Shown: piece after piece, positions 18,819 through 28,245 of the stretch | Position numbering within the stretch: position 1 is the stretch's first letter | Layout of the letters: every line of letters starts with the position of its first letter | Assembly: GCA_039683615.1 (NCBI GenBank) | Contig: JBDKRA010000022.1 | Span: 197,146 to 261,145 of the forward strand | Reading direction: 5' to 3' | DNA length: 64,000 nucleotides | Source: Phycisphaerae bacterium | GTDB taxonomy: Bacteria > Planctomycetota > Phycisphaerae > SM23-33 | Notes under the pieces: model-generated | Told to the model about the DNA's origin: nothing | What the model saw: only the letters and a program-made list of their open reading frames with translations | Database searches by the model: none | Position numbers and translations under genes: made by a program

Positions 18819-20215
18819 CAGCGGCCCTCCGCGGCGGCGTCGTCATCATGGCCGCCGCCGTACGACAGTTCGAGCGTGTCGTCGGGCCCGCGCAGAATCA
18901 CGCGCCGCGCCAGCACGATGAACGCCACGAGGATCGCGACGTAGATCGCGGTGTAGCCCGCCAGCGTCCAGGCGGCGTTGGCGGCCGAGATGTTCGAGAC
19001 GCCGTGCTCGGTGCGCATCACGTTGTAGATGACCCACGGCTGGCGGCCGACCTCGCGCACCGCCCACCCGAGGTCGGCGGCGATGAACCCCAGCGGGATC
19101 GACCACATCCACGCCCGCAGAAACCAGCGGCTTTGGGCGGCGTGCTCGGCGCTGAGCCGCCCACGGAACCATTTGACCAGCGACCAGAGCATCAGAGCGA
19201 ACATCGCCATGCCGATGAGCACCATCCCGCGCAGGGCATAGAACGGCAAGACGACGGGCGGGCGGTCCTGCGGCGGGAAGTCTTTCAGGCCCGTCACCTG
19301 CGTGTCCGGCTGGTGGTGTACCATCAGGCTCAGCCCCTGCGGGATGCGCACTTCCCACGCGTTGCGCTCGTGGTCGAGATCCGGCCAGGCCGCAATCGCC
19401 CACGACGCCCCGGTGCCCGGCGGGTTGGTCTGCCAGTGGGCCTCCATGGCCGCGGTCTTGGCGGGCTGGTGCTTGGCCACGCCGCGACCCGACAGGTCGC
19501 CCAGGTAGATCTGCAGCGGCGTAATAACCGCGGCCGCCAGCACCACGCCCTTGAGGGCCTTGAGGAACGCCTGGCTCTGGCGACCCTTGCTGACGAACCA
19601 GGCGCAGATACCGCCGATGAAGAACAGCGTCGTCGCCAGGCACGCGGCCAGCATGTGCGTGAACGAATAGAACCACGCGGGATTGAAGATGGCCGCGAAG
19701 TAGTCCACGGGGACCGCGCGGCCGTCGACCATCATCGTGCCCGCCGGCGTCTGCATCCACGCGTTGGCCGACATGATCCAGAACGCCGAGAGCGTCGAGC
19801 CGAAAGCGACCATGATCGTGGCGAAGATGTGCATCCCGCGCGAGACGCGGTTCCATCCGAAGACCATGATGCCCAGGAAGGCGGCCTCAAGCATGAAGGC
19901 CATGCTGGCCTCGAAGCCCAGGATGTTTCCGAAGAACCCGCCGCCCGCCCGCGAGAACAGCGCCCAGTTGGTGCCGAACTGGAACTCCAGCGGCAGCCCG
20001 CTGGCCACCCCCACGCCAAACCCCAGCAGGAACAGCTTGCCCCAGAAATGCCGGTGGCGGTAGTACGCGTTTCTGCCCGTGATCAGCCAGGCGGCCTCGA
20101 GGGCGACCAGCCACCATGCCAGGCCGATCGTCAGCAACGGCCAGAACATGTGGAATGACGTCGTAATGGCGAACTGGATCCGCGACAGCGTCAGTGGATT
20201 GTAGAAGGCGTCCAT
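18818..20215 (-). CDS. cydA: Cytochrome bd ubiquinol oxidase subunit I
   Basis: IQFAITTSFHMFWPLLTIGLA and the Q-loop region are present. It overlaps cydB by 1 nt. Confidence 0.95.
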   Translation of the reverse strand: MDAFYNPLTLSRIQFAITTSFHMFWPLLTIGLAWWLVALEAAWLITGRNAYYRHRHFWGKLFLLGFGVGVASGLPLEFQFGTNWALFSRAGGGFFGNILGFEASMAFMLEAAFLGIMVFGWNRVSRGMHIFATIMVAFGSTLSAFWIMSANAWMQTPAGTMMVDGRAVPVDYFAAIFNPAWFYSFTHMLAACLATTLFFIGGICAWFVSKGRQSQAFLKALKGVVLAAAVITPLQIYLGDLSGRGVAKHQPAKTAAMEAHWQTNPPGTGASWAIAAWPDLDHERNAWEVRIPQGLSLMVHHQPDTQVTGLKDFPPQDRPPVVLPFYALRGMVLIGMAMFALMLWSLVKWFRGRLSAEHAAQSRWFLRAWMWSIPLGFIAADLGWAVREVGRQPWVIYNVMRTEHGVSNISAANAAWTLAGYTAIYVAILVAFIVLARRVILRGPDDTLELSYGGGHDDDAAAEGR

Positions 20216-20340
20216 GTTGGTTGGCTGGATAACTGGTTAATTGGTTCACGGGTTGATTGGTCGACTGGTTGAAAGGGCTGGCATTGAGCTGATACCCAGT
20301 CAACCGGTTAGCGAGTTAACGAGTCAACCAATTAACGACT
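20216..20340. repeat. GTTAAC/GGTTGAC-unit hairpin (family A, copy 3)
   Basis: tggttaattggttcacgggttgattggtcgactggttga is mirrored by cccagtcaaccggttagcgagttaacgagtcaaccaattaacga. It sits between the divergent cydA and esterase genes. Confidence 0.6.
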
Positions 20341-20390
20341 TCTCGCCTCCTCACGGGTTATAGTATGCGGTAAGACTGTAAGGAGCCATC

Positions 20391-21632
20391 ATGAATCGTA
20401 CTTTTGCATTGGCAATAGCAGGCGCCTGCTTGTGCTGCGCCGCGGAGGCCGCAATGGCCGACACCCTTAAGGCCGCCGCGACCGGCGCATGGACAAGCCC
20501 ATCGCTCAACAAAGACCTGGCCACCACGCTCTACGCCCCTGCCGACGACGCCCCGCAGCGGTCGCGCGCCGGGCGGCCGGGAATCTTCTACCTCAAGAAC
20601 CTTGCCTCACAGCGCGCCGGCACCGAGAGCGATGAGTCGATCATCGCCGACTTGCTCAAGGACGGCTACCTCGTGCTGGTCATCGACTACGCCAAGGACC
20701 CCAAGGCCGTCGCGCCGTATATGGACCTGGACATCCGCGCCATGCGGTCGAGCATGGGCGGGAGCAAGACCAAGCCCGGCATCTTCGGCCCCCAGCGCGT
20801 CGACGGCGACCACACCTACGTGCTGGCCGAGGGCTTCCGCCTCGTGCGCGACATCCTCTACTACGGCAGCGAAAAGGACGGCTATCGCCTCGACATCCGC
20901 TACCCCTCCAAGCCCAAGACGCCCGCGCCGGCGCTGATCCTCAACCCCTGCGACAACAAGAACCGCATGGGCAACTGGGTCATCACCACGTACAACGAAG
21001 TGATCGTCGAGTCGGCCATGACGCGCGGATACGCAGCCGTGCAGATCGACAACCCCGTCAAGTTCTACAAGGGCCGCGACCCCATGCCGGAGGTCGCCAT
21101 CATTATCAAGGCCGCCATCCGCACCGTGCGGGCCAAGGGCAAAGATCTGGGCCTGTCCGGCAAGGTCGGCCTGATGGGCTTCTCGCGCGGCAGCGGACAG
21201 TCCGGCCTGGCCGGGCTCTCAAGCGGCATGAAGGAACTTGAGCAGGGCCCGAACCTCGACCAGTCCTCGCGCCCCGACGCGCTGCTTCTTCACGCCGGGC
21301 GTATGGACCACCTGCTGCTGCTCAAGACCGATCCCAAGTTCGGCAGCTCGTACGGCGACCAGTTCGGCGACCCGGTGACCAACCGAAAGAAGTGGGAAGA
21401 GGGCAGCGCCGCGTTCTACGTGACCAAGGACGACCCGCCGGTGTTCCTGTCGGTGGGCGGCAATGATGAATACCGCGTCGCGCAGATCAAGCGAATGGAC
21501 GAAGCCCTGACCGCGGCCGGCGTCGAGCACACGCTGGCGATCACTCCCGGAATGGGTCACCGCGTCACCGGCGACGTCACGATCTTGGGCCAGATCTACG
21601 ACTTCTTCGACAAGCATTTGAAGAGCAAGTAG
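20391..21632 (+). CDS. Secreted alpha/beta-hydrolase (esterase/lipase, possibly a carbohydrate esterase)
   Basis: An N-terminal signal peptide, a nucleophile elbow GFSRG (GxSxG), and a C-terminal His context GMGHRV. The length is 413 aa. Confidence 0.65.
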   Translation: MNRTFALAIAGACLCCAAEAAMADTLKAAATGAWTSPSLNKDLATTLYAPADDAPQRSRAGRPGIFYLKNLASQRAGTESDESIIADLLKDGYLVLVIDYAKDPKAVAPYMDLDIRAMRSSMGGSKTKPGIFGPQRVDGDHTYVLAEGFRLVRDILYYGSEKDGYRLDIRYPSKPKTPAPALILNPCDNKNRMGNWVITTYNEVIVESAMTRGYAAVQIDNPVKFYKGRDPMPEVAIIIKAAIRTVRAKGKDLGLSGKVGLMGFSRGSGQSGLAGLSSGMKELEQGPNLDQSSRPDALLLHAGRMDHLLLLKTDPKFGSSYGDQFGDPVTNRKKWEEGSAAFYVTKDDPPVFLSVGGNDEYRVAQIKRMDEALTAAGVEHTLAITPGMGHRVTGDVTILGQIYDFFDKHLKSK

Positions 21633-21637
21633 GCGGC

Positions 21638-24600
21638 CTACTTCTGCTCGGCCTTGCCGAAGATCTTCTCGATCAGCACGTAAAACAGGGGCACGAACAC
21701 GACCACCAGCACGGTGGCTGACACCATGCCGCCCAACACGCCGGTGCCGATGGCCTTCTGGGCGCCCGCTCCGGCCCCGGTGGCAATCGCCAGGGGAACC
21801 ACGCCGAAGCCAAAGGCCAGCGAGGTCATCAAGATCGGCCGCAATCGCAACTTGGCCGCCTCCAGCGTCGCCTCCAGCAGCCCCACGCCTTCCTGGACCT
21901 TTCCCTTGGCGAACTGCACGATCAGAATGGCGTTCTTGGTCGTCAGCCCCAGCGTCGTCAGCAGGGCGATCTGGAAGTACACGTCGTTGGCCAGCCCGCG
22001 CTGTCCGGAGGCGATCACGCCGCCGATGACGCCCAGCGGCAGGGCCAGCAGAATCGCCACGGGGATCGTCCAGCTCTCGTACAGTGCGGCCAGGCACAGG
22101 AAGATGACGAGGATCGAGAAGGCGTACAGCAGCGGCGCCTGAGCGCCGCCCTGGCGCTCCTGGTACGACAGCCCCGTCCAGTCGTAGCCCACGCCCGTCG
22201 GCAGCTCGCCGACGAACTTTTCCATCGCGGCCATCGCTTCGCCGGAACTGCGTCCCGGCGCCGGTTCGCCCTGGATGTTGAACGACGGAAAGCCGTTGAA
22301 CCGCTCCAACTTGGGCGAGCCCGACGTCCAGTGCGACGAGGCGAACGAGGAGAAAGGAACCATCTGCCCGTTGCCGTTGCGGACATAGAGCTTGTCCAGG
22401 TCCTGCGGGAGCATGCGGTACGGGGCGTCGGCTTGGGCATAGACGCGTTTAACGCGCCCGCCCTGGACAAAGTCGTTGACGTACGCGCTGCCAAAGGAGG
22501 CGGAGATCGTGTTGTGGATCGACGAGATCGGCACCCCCATCGCCCCGGCCTTATCCCAGTCGACGTCCACGCGATACTCCGGGACATCCTCCAGACCGTT
22601 GGGGCGCACCCGCACCAGCCGCGGATCCTTGGCGGCCTTGCCCAGCAGTTGATTGCGAATGCCCATCATCGCGCTGTGCCCCAGTCCGCCGCGGTCGAGA
22701 AGCTGAAAGTCAAAGCCGGTGGCGTTACCCAGTTCCATCACCGACGGCGGAGGGAACACCAGGACCGTGCCTTCGCGAATCCGCGACAGCGCCATCATGG
22801 TGCGTCCGGCGACGGCCTTGGCCCGCAGCTCCTCACGGGAGCGCTGGTTCCAGTCCTTGAGTTTGACGAAGAGCATCCCGCTGCTCTGGGACCGACCCGA
22901 GAAGCTCATGCCGCAAATCGTCAGGCACGACTCGACGCTTTCCTTTTCCTTCTCACGGAGATACTGGGAGACCTGGTCGGCGAAACCCTGCGTCTGCTCG
23001 ATGGTCGAGCCGGTGGGCATGATGATCAGGGCCATCAGGATGCCCTGGTCCTCGTCGGGCAGGTACGAGCTGGGCATCTGTAGAAACAGCACGCCCAGCG
23101 CCGCGACGATCAGCACGTACATGGCCACAAAGCGGAACTTCCGCCGCAAGGCGTGGCTCACCAATCGCAGGTATACGTCTCGCAGACCGAAGAAGCCGCG
23201 GTCGAACCAGCGAAAGAACGGGCGCAGCAGCCAGAAGCCTCCCTCGGCCGGTTCATGCCCCTTGGCCACGGGCTTGAGGATCGCCGCGCACAGCACCGGC
23301 GTCAGCACCAGGGCGACGACGACCGAGAGAAGCATCGCGGCGGCAACCGTGACGGAGAATTGCCGGTAGATCACGCCGGTCGAGCCGGGGAAGAACGCCA
23401 TCGGAAAGAACACCGCCGAAAGGATCAGGCCGATGCCGATCAAGGCGCTGGTGATCTGGTCCATGGACTTGGCGGTGGCCTCGCGGGGCGAGAGCCCCTC
23501 CTCGCTCATGATACGTTCGACGTTCTCGACGACGACGATGGCGTCGTCGACCAGCAGGCCGATCGCCAGCACCATCGCGAACATGGTGAGCATGTTGATG
23601 GAGTAGCCCAGCATCGCCAGCACGCCGAAGGTCCCCAGCAGCACCACCGGAACGGCGATGGTCGGGATCAAGGTCGCGCGGACGTTGCCCATGAACAGGT
23701 ACATGACCAGGAACACCAGCACGATGGCTTCCAGCAGCGTCTTGACGACTTCCTCGATCGCCACCTTCGTGAACGGCGTGCTGTCATGCGGATAGAAGAC
23801 CTTCAGGCCATGGGGAAAATAACGGCTCATTTCCTCCATCTTGTCCCGCACGTTCTGGGCCGTCTCCAGCGCGTTGGCGCCCGAGGCCTGGCGAATCGCC
23901 AGCGCCGCCACAGGGAAGCCGTTGTAACGCGCCTGCATGTCGTAATTCTCGGTGCCCAGTTCCGTCCGGCCGACATCCTTGACGCGCACGACCGAGCCGT
24001 CGGGGTTGGTGCGGATGGGTATCGAGGCGAACTCCTCGGGCGTCTTGAGCAGGTTTTGCACCACGATCGACACGTTGAGGCGCTGCCCGTCAACGGCGGG
24101 CGTGCCGCCGAACTGACCGGCCGAAACCTCGACGTTGTACGCCCGCAGCGCGGCCGTCACGTCGGCGACCGTCAGGCGATAGCTCGTCAGTTTGTCGGGG
24201 TTCAGCCAGACGCGCATGGCGTATTGCGAACTGAAGCTTTCCACTTCACCCACGCCCGGAACCCGCGCCAGCACCTTCTCCAGGTTCGACATCGCGTAGT
24301 CCTGGATGTCAGCGATGGTCATGCTCCCGTCTTCGCAGGTCAGGCCCACGATGAGCAGATAGTTCCTCGTCGATTTGCCAACCTTGATGCCCACGCGCTG
24401 AACCGTCTCGGGCAGGCTCGTCATCGCCAGTTGCAGCTTGTTCTGAACCTGCGCCCAGGCCAGGTCCGGGTCCGTCCCCGGCGTGAAGGTCAGCTCGATG
24501 CGCGAGCTGCCGGCCGAGTCACTGGTGGCCGACATGTACAACATCTTGTCGAAGCCCGTCATCTTCTGCTCGATGATCTGCGTAACGCTGTTCTCGACCG

Positions 24601-24769
24601 TCTCGGCCGAGGCGCCGGGATACATCGCCGAAATGGCGATCGACGGCGGAGCGATGGGCGGATATTGCGAAATCGGCAGGCTATGAATGGCCAGGCCGCC
24701 CAGCACCATCGTCACGATGGCGATCACCCAGGCGAACACCGGGCGTTGCAGAAAGAATCTGGACAGCAT
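21638..24769 (-). CDS. RND multidrug efflux permease (AcrB/HAE1 family)
   Basis: 1043 aa with 12 TM helices and two large periplasmic loops. The N-terminus MLSRFFLQRPVFAWVIAIV is characteristic. Confidence 0.95.
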   Translation of the reverse strand: MLSRFFLQRPVFAWVIAIVTMVLGGLAIHSLPISQYPPIAPPSIAISAMYPGASAETVENSVTQIIEQKMTGFDKMLYMSATSDSAGSSRIELTFTPGTDPDLAWAQVQNKLQLAMTSLPETVQRVGIKVGKSTRNYLLIVGLTCEDGSMTIADIQDYAMSNLEKVLARVPGVGEVESFSSQYAMRVWLNPDKLTSYRLTVADVTAALRAYNVEVSAGQFGGTPAVDGQRLNVSIVVQNLLKTPEEFASIPIRTNPDGSVVRVKDVGRTELGTENYDMQARYNGFPVAALAIRQASGANALETAQNVRDKMEEMSRYFPHGLKVFYPHDSTPFTKVAIEEVVKTLLEAIVLVFLVMYLFMGNVRATLIPTIAVPVVLLGTFGVLAMLGYSINMLTMFAMVLAIGLLVDDAIVVVENVERIMSEEGLSPREATAKSMDQITSALIGIGLILSAVFFPMAFFPGSTGVIYRQFSVTVAAAMLLSVVVALVLTPVLCAAILKPVAKGHEPAEGGFWLLRPFFRWFDRGFFGLRDVYLRLVSHALRRKFRFVAMYVLIVAALGVLFLQMPSSYLPDEDQGILMALIIMPTGSTIEQTQGFADQVSQYLREKEKESVESCLTICGMSFSGRSQSSGMLFVKLKDWNQRSREELRAKAVAGRTMMALSRIREGTVLVFPPPSVMELGNATGFDFQLLDRGGLGHSAMMGIRNQLLGKAAKDPRLVRVRPNGLEDVPEYRVDVDWDKAGAMGVPISSIHNTISASFGSAYVNDFVQGGRVKRVYAQADAPYRMLPQDLDKLYVRNGNGQMVPFSSFASSHWTSGSPKLERFNGFPSFNIQGEPAPGRSSGEAMAAMEKFVGELPTGVGYDWTGLSYQERQGGAQAPLLYAFSILVIFLCLAALYESWTIPVAILLALPLGVIGGVIASGQRGLANDVYFQIALLTTLGLTTKNAILIVQFAKGKVQEGVGLLEATLEAAKLRLRPILMTSLAFGFGVVPLAIATGAGAGAQKAIGTGVLGGMVSATVLVVVFVPLFYVLIEKIFGKAEQK

Positions 24770-24781
24770 CTTGAGTCTCCG

Positions 24782-26080
24782 TCACTTTGAGCCAGGGGTG
24801 GCACGAGGAGCCTGGGCGAGTTTCATCGGGGTGTGCTTGACCAGAGAGCCCGGGCGCACCTTCTGGCCGCCTTCAACGATCAATTTCTCGCCTTCCACCA
24901 GTCCAGCGCTGACAAACCACTGGCTGCCGATGGCGCGATCGAGCGTCAGGACCCGTGCGGCGGCCTTGCCGTCGGCGTCGACGATCATCGCCATGGGCGT
25001 GCCGCGCGGATCGCGCGTCACGGCCTGCTGGGGAATCAGGATCGCCTTGCGGTTGACGCCCTCGACGATCGACGCTCGGACGAACATGCCCGGCAGCAGC
25101 GTCGCGTTGGGGTTGGGAAAGACCGCCCGCAAAATGACCGATCCGGTCGTCGGATCGACCGTCACGTCGCGGAACTGAAGAGTCCCTTCCAGCGGACAGG
25201 GACTGCCGTCTTCCATCGACAGCTTGACCTTCTCGCCGCCGGCGCCGTTGTGGTTGAGCGAACCGTCCTTCAGCCGCTGACGCAGCCGAAGCAACTCGGC
25301 CGTCGACTGGGGAACATCCACGTAGATCGGGTCCAGTTGCTGGATCGTCGCCAGCGCCAGCGGTTGATACGCCGTCACCAAGGCGCCGTCGTTGACGGTC
25401 GATTTGCCGATGCGCCCCGACAGCGGAGCGGTGATCTTCGTATACGCCAAGTTGATGTTGGCCGTGGCCAGGGCGGCCTGGGCCTGCTGCACCGACGCCT
25501 GGGCACCCGCGATAGTCTGGCGGCTGCTCTCGACCTGCGCGTCGGCCGCTTCGAGATTGGCTTTGGCGACATTGACCTTTGTCTTGGCGTCGTCCAGTTC
25601 CGACGCCGTCGCGGTCCTGGTGGCAAAGAGCTGCTCCGTGCGTTTGAGGTCGACCTGGGCCTGATCTAAGGTGGCTTTCTCCCGCGTCACACCCGCGACA
25701 CAGGCCGCCAAAGCAGCCTGAGCCTTGGCGACGCCCTTGACGGCCACCTCCAGATTGGCCGCGGCGTTTTCCTGCGCAGCTTTGAACGTGGCCGCGTCGA
25801 TCTCATAGAGCACGTCGCCAGCCTTGACGTCTGAGCCTTCAGTGAACAACCGCTTCTGCACGATGCCATTGACCTGGGGCCGGACTTCGGCCACGCGGAA
25901 GGATGCCGTGCGGCCGGGAAGGTCCGTCGTCAACACGACCTCCTGCGGCGTCACTGTCACAATGCCCACTTCCGGCACCGGCGGAGGCGGCGCGGCTTGC
26001 TGTTGCTTCTGGCAGCCCTGCAACATTGCCAGGCACACCAGTGCGGCAGCGAGATGGGAATTCGTTTTGACGATACTCAT
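24782..26080 (-). CDS. RND efflux periplasmic adaptor (AcrA/HlyD-type membrane fusion lipoprotein)
   Basis: A lipobox LAMLQGC, a coiled-coil hairpin, and beta-barrel and MP domains. Confidence 0.9.
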   Translation of the reverse strand: MSIVKTNSHLAAALVCLAMLQGCQKQQQAAPPPPVPEVGIVTVTPQEVVLTTDLPGRTASFRVAEVRPQVNGIVQKRLFTEGSDVKAGDVLYEIDAATFKAAQENAAANLEVAVKGVAKAQAALAACVAGVTREKATLDQAQVDLKRTEQLFATRTATASELDDAKTKVNVAKANLEAADAQVESSRQTIAGAQASVQQAQAALATANINLAYTKITAPLSGRIGKSTVNDGALVTAYQPLALATIQQLDPIYVDVPQSTAELLRLRQRLKDGSLNHNGAGGEKVKLSMEDGSPCPLEGTLQFRDVTVDPTTGSVILRAVFPNPNATLLPGMFVRASIVEGVNRKAILIPQQAVTRDPRGTPMAMIVDADGKAAARVLTLDRAIGSQWFVSAGLVEGEKLIVEGGQKVRPGSLVKHTPMKLAQAPRATPGSK

Positions 26081-26619
26081 GCGTTTACTCCAGTTCTGCG
26101 CTCAGGCGGAGCTTTCTGCTTCTTCTGCAATTCCCGGACGAGGGCGTCCAGGACCTTCTGGTATGAATTCAGCATCGCCGTCCGCTCCCTCTGGGAAAGG
26201 ACGTTCACGACGCTGCAGATCCTGCGATATCGCTCCGGCAGGTGGCGGCTGATGAAGCTGCGGCCCGAGGGCGTCAGCGAGACCGCGACCATCCGCCGGT
26301 CGCCGGGGTGCGGCGTGCGGACCGTGTGACCGAGCTTCTCCAGCGAGTCCAGGGCACTGGTCATAGCCGAGCGCGTCAGGGACACTTCCTCCGACAGCGC
26401 GGCCGGGGTCGACGTTCCGTCTTCGCTGTGGAAGAGCAACTCCATGATCTCGATCTGCCTGGCCGTCAACCCCCATCCTGCCAGATCGTTTTCGATCACC
26501 TGCTCTACCTGGTGATGAAGACGCGCAATTTCCAGCCCCTCCCGAAGGGTCGTTTGCTCGATCCCTTCCAGTCGGCCGGCAAACTGCATGATTCCGTCGA
26601 TCGTGTTCTTACTGGGCAT
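26077..26619 (-). CDS. MarR-family transcriptional regulator
   Basis: A winged-HTH region LTARQIEIMELL...LSEEVSLTRSAMTSALDSLEKLGHTVRTPHPGDRR. The start is placed at MPSKNT (26619), with the alternative MHGIV at 26664. It overlaps the adaptor gene by 4 nt. Confidence 0.85.
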   Translation of the reverse strand: MPSKNTIDGIMQFAGRLEGIEQTTLREGLEIARLHHQVEQVIENDLAGWGLTARQIEIMELLFHSEDGTSTPAALSEEVSLTRSAMTSALDSLEKLGHTVRTPHPGDRRMVAVSLTPSGRSFISRHLPERYRRICSVVNVLSQRERTAMLNSYQKVLDALVRELQKKQKAPPERRTGVNA

Positions 26620-26762
26620 GAGAGTCTCCGCCAGGCTGGTTCGACCAGATACAATACCATGCAATATAATATGGCGTCGAACTATATGGAAACATAATCT
26701 CCTGTTCCTTTGGTTCGTTGATGCATTGCCATGGGCAAGCTTGCGTTACTCCAGGGCGGCAC

Positions 26763-26875
26763 GGCGGCACGCACGCTGGCGATCACTGCCGGAATGGGTC
26801 ACCGCGTCACCGGCAACGTCACGATCCTGGGCCGGATCTACGACTTCTTCGACAAGCACCTGAAGGTGAAATGAC
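26763..26875 (+). pseudogene. Duplicated 3' fragment (last ~37 codons) of the esterase gene that ends at 21632
   Basis: About 95 nt are approximately 93 % identical to 21527-21632, encoding ...TLAITAGMGHRVTGNVTILGRIYDFFDKHLKVK* against ...TLAITPGMGHRVTGDVTILGQIYDFFDKHLKSK*. Confidence 0.65.
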
Positions 26876-26936
26876 GTAGCACGGGCGTCCCGCCCGTATT
26901 TCCCGTGCCCCGCCGCGGGCGAGACGGCCGTGCTAT
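26876..26936. repeat. GTAGCACGGGCGTCCCGCCCGT palindromic element (family F)
   Basis: gtagcacgggcgtcccgcccgt...ggccgtgctatgg lies downstream of the esterase fragment. The same 12-mer ends recur at 28112, 28223, 49225 and 49305. Confidence 0.5.
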
Positions 26937-28114
26937 GGTTTCTGCACCTTGAGCTTTACGCGGTTGGCGGTGATCTCAACGATGGCCAGTTTGACGGCTT
27001 TGACTTCCGTGAGGCGATCGGCCAGGGTTTCGTTCGAGTAGCGATATTCCACGTCGATGTTGGCGACGCTTTCGGTGATCTCCCGCAGGCGAAGGGCCTG
27101 CACGCCGCGCAGCGTCGAGGCCTCGGTCTTGAACGTCTTCCAGGTCTCGAAGTCCATCCCTGAAACGCTGATCGCCACGGTGCGAGAGACGTTGGCCCGC
27201 TTGCGCCACGCTTCGACGACGGCCGCCAGAAGCTGCGCGGCGCAGTCGTCGCCGAGCTTGGCCAGGGCCTTATCCTCGCCGCCGCCGCGCTGCAGCGTGG
27301 TGGTCGTGACGGGGCCGAAGGTCCTGCTGGCCAGCACTCGCGCCGAGTCGGTCTGGATCACCCGCACGTTGAGCGTGGCGGTGTACTGGTAGAGTGTCTG
27401 GCCGGACACATCGAGGCGTTTGCCGTACTTGGCGGTCGCCCGGCCGGTGACGACCACGTCGGCGTTGAACCGCGCCCCCAGCGAGGCCACCTCGGTCATG
27501 TCGTCCTTGATGGCCGCCAGCAGCACGTCTCGCTTGGAGACGCTGGCGGCGGTGTTCTTGTCCATGATGGTGATGCCCTTGGACAGAAAGAAATCCTCGA
27601 TCTTGCTCTGAATAGTGCCGCTGTCATTTTCCCGGTAGGTGGGACCCTCCGTGGTCTGGTGAACCGACTCGGCGATGGCCACGATCACGCGAGGATTATT
27701 CTCCTGGTGAATCGTGTGGATGGTCGAGGCCCAATCCTCCTCGAACTTCTGCGTCGAGACGCGGGCCCGCACCCGGGCGGTCGTCACGCCGTCTTCGATG
27801 CTCACTTTGACGACCTTGTGCTCCTTGACGTAGCCCACGGCGTTGGCGATGACCTTGTCATAGACAGCCTTGTAGTCTTCGCTCTTGGACTGGCTGGTCA
27901 GGAAGACGCCGCAGGCTTCTTCGACGGCCGTGCGCAGGGCCTGCGCGACAGCCTCGTCGCGGGCCTTGTCGTCGGCCCCGCTGGCGCGGCCGGTGGCATC
28001 GACCCATTTGTCAACGGGACGGGCGGCGATCGGCTGCGCGACGGCCGCTGACGAAATCGCAACAAGAACAGCTCCAATCTGAATGAGCGTTGTCATGCTT
28101 CGAGAACGATTCAT
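26933..28114 (-). CDS. Secreted three-domain protein: LPP20/FlgP-like N-domain, CsgG-like middle domain, and a C-terminal beta domain (paralogue A)
   Basis: The start is placed at MNRSRSMTTLIQIGAVLVAISSAAVAQ (signal peptide, ATG 28114). LPP20-like spacing: ATGRASGADDKARDEAVAQALRTAVEEACG...VKVSIEDGVTTARV. CsgG-like: PRVIVAIAES...FNADVVVTGRA...LNVRVIQTDSARVL. Confidence 0.6.
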   Translation of the reverse strand: MNRSRSMTTLIQIGAVLVAISSAAVAQPIAARPVDKWVDATGRASGADDKARDEAVAQALRTAVEEACGVFLTSQSKSEDYKAVYDKVIANAVGYVKEHKVVKVSIEDGVTTARVRARVSTQKFEEDWASTIHTIHQENNPRVIVAIAESVHQTTEGPTYRENDSGTIQSKIEDFFLSKGITIMDKNTAASVSKRDVLLAAIKDDMTEVASLGARFNADVVVTGRATAKYGKRLDVSGQTLYQYTATLNVRVIQTDSARVLASRTFGPVTTTTLQRGGGEDKALAKLGDDCAAQLLAAVVEAWRKRANVSRTVAISVSGMDFETWKTFKTEASTLRGVQALRLREITESVANIDVEYRYSNETLADRLTEVKAVKLAIVEITANRVKLKVQKP

Positions 28115-28245
28115 CGGCTGTCTCCCAAGTAGCACGACCCTCTTGCCCGTGAGCACCACGGCCATCCCGAGCGTGGCCTTTGCCATGCACGGGCGAGACA
28201 CCCGTGCTACTCATGGCCGAGACGGCCATGCTACGGAAAAACTAC
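28112..28245. repeat. GTAGCACG...CCCGTGCTAC element containing the nested palindromes CACGGGCGAGACACCCGTG and CATGGCCGAGACGGCCATG (family F)
   Basis: It lies between the paralogue A start and the paralogue B stop, and overlaps the start region of paralogue A. Confidence 0.5.
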
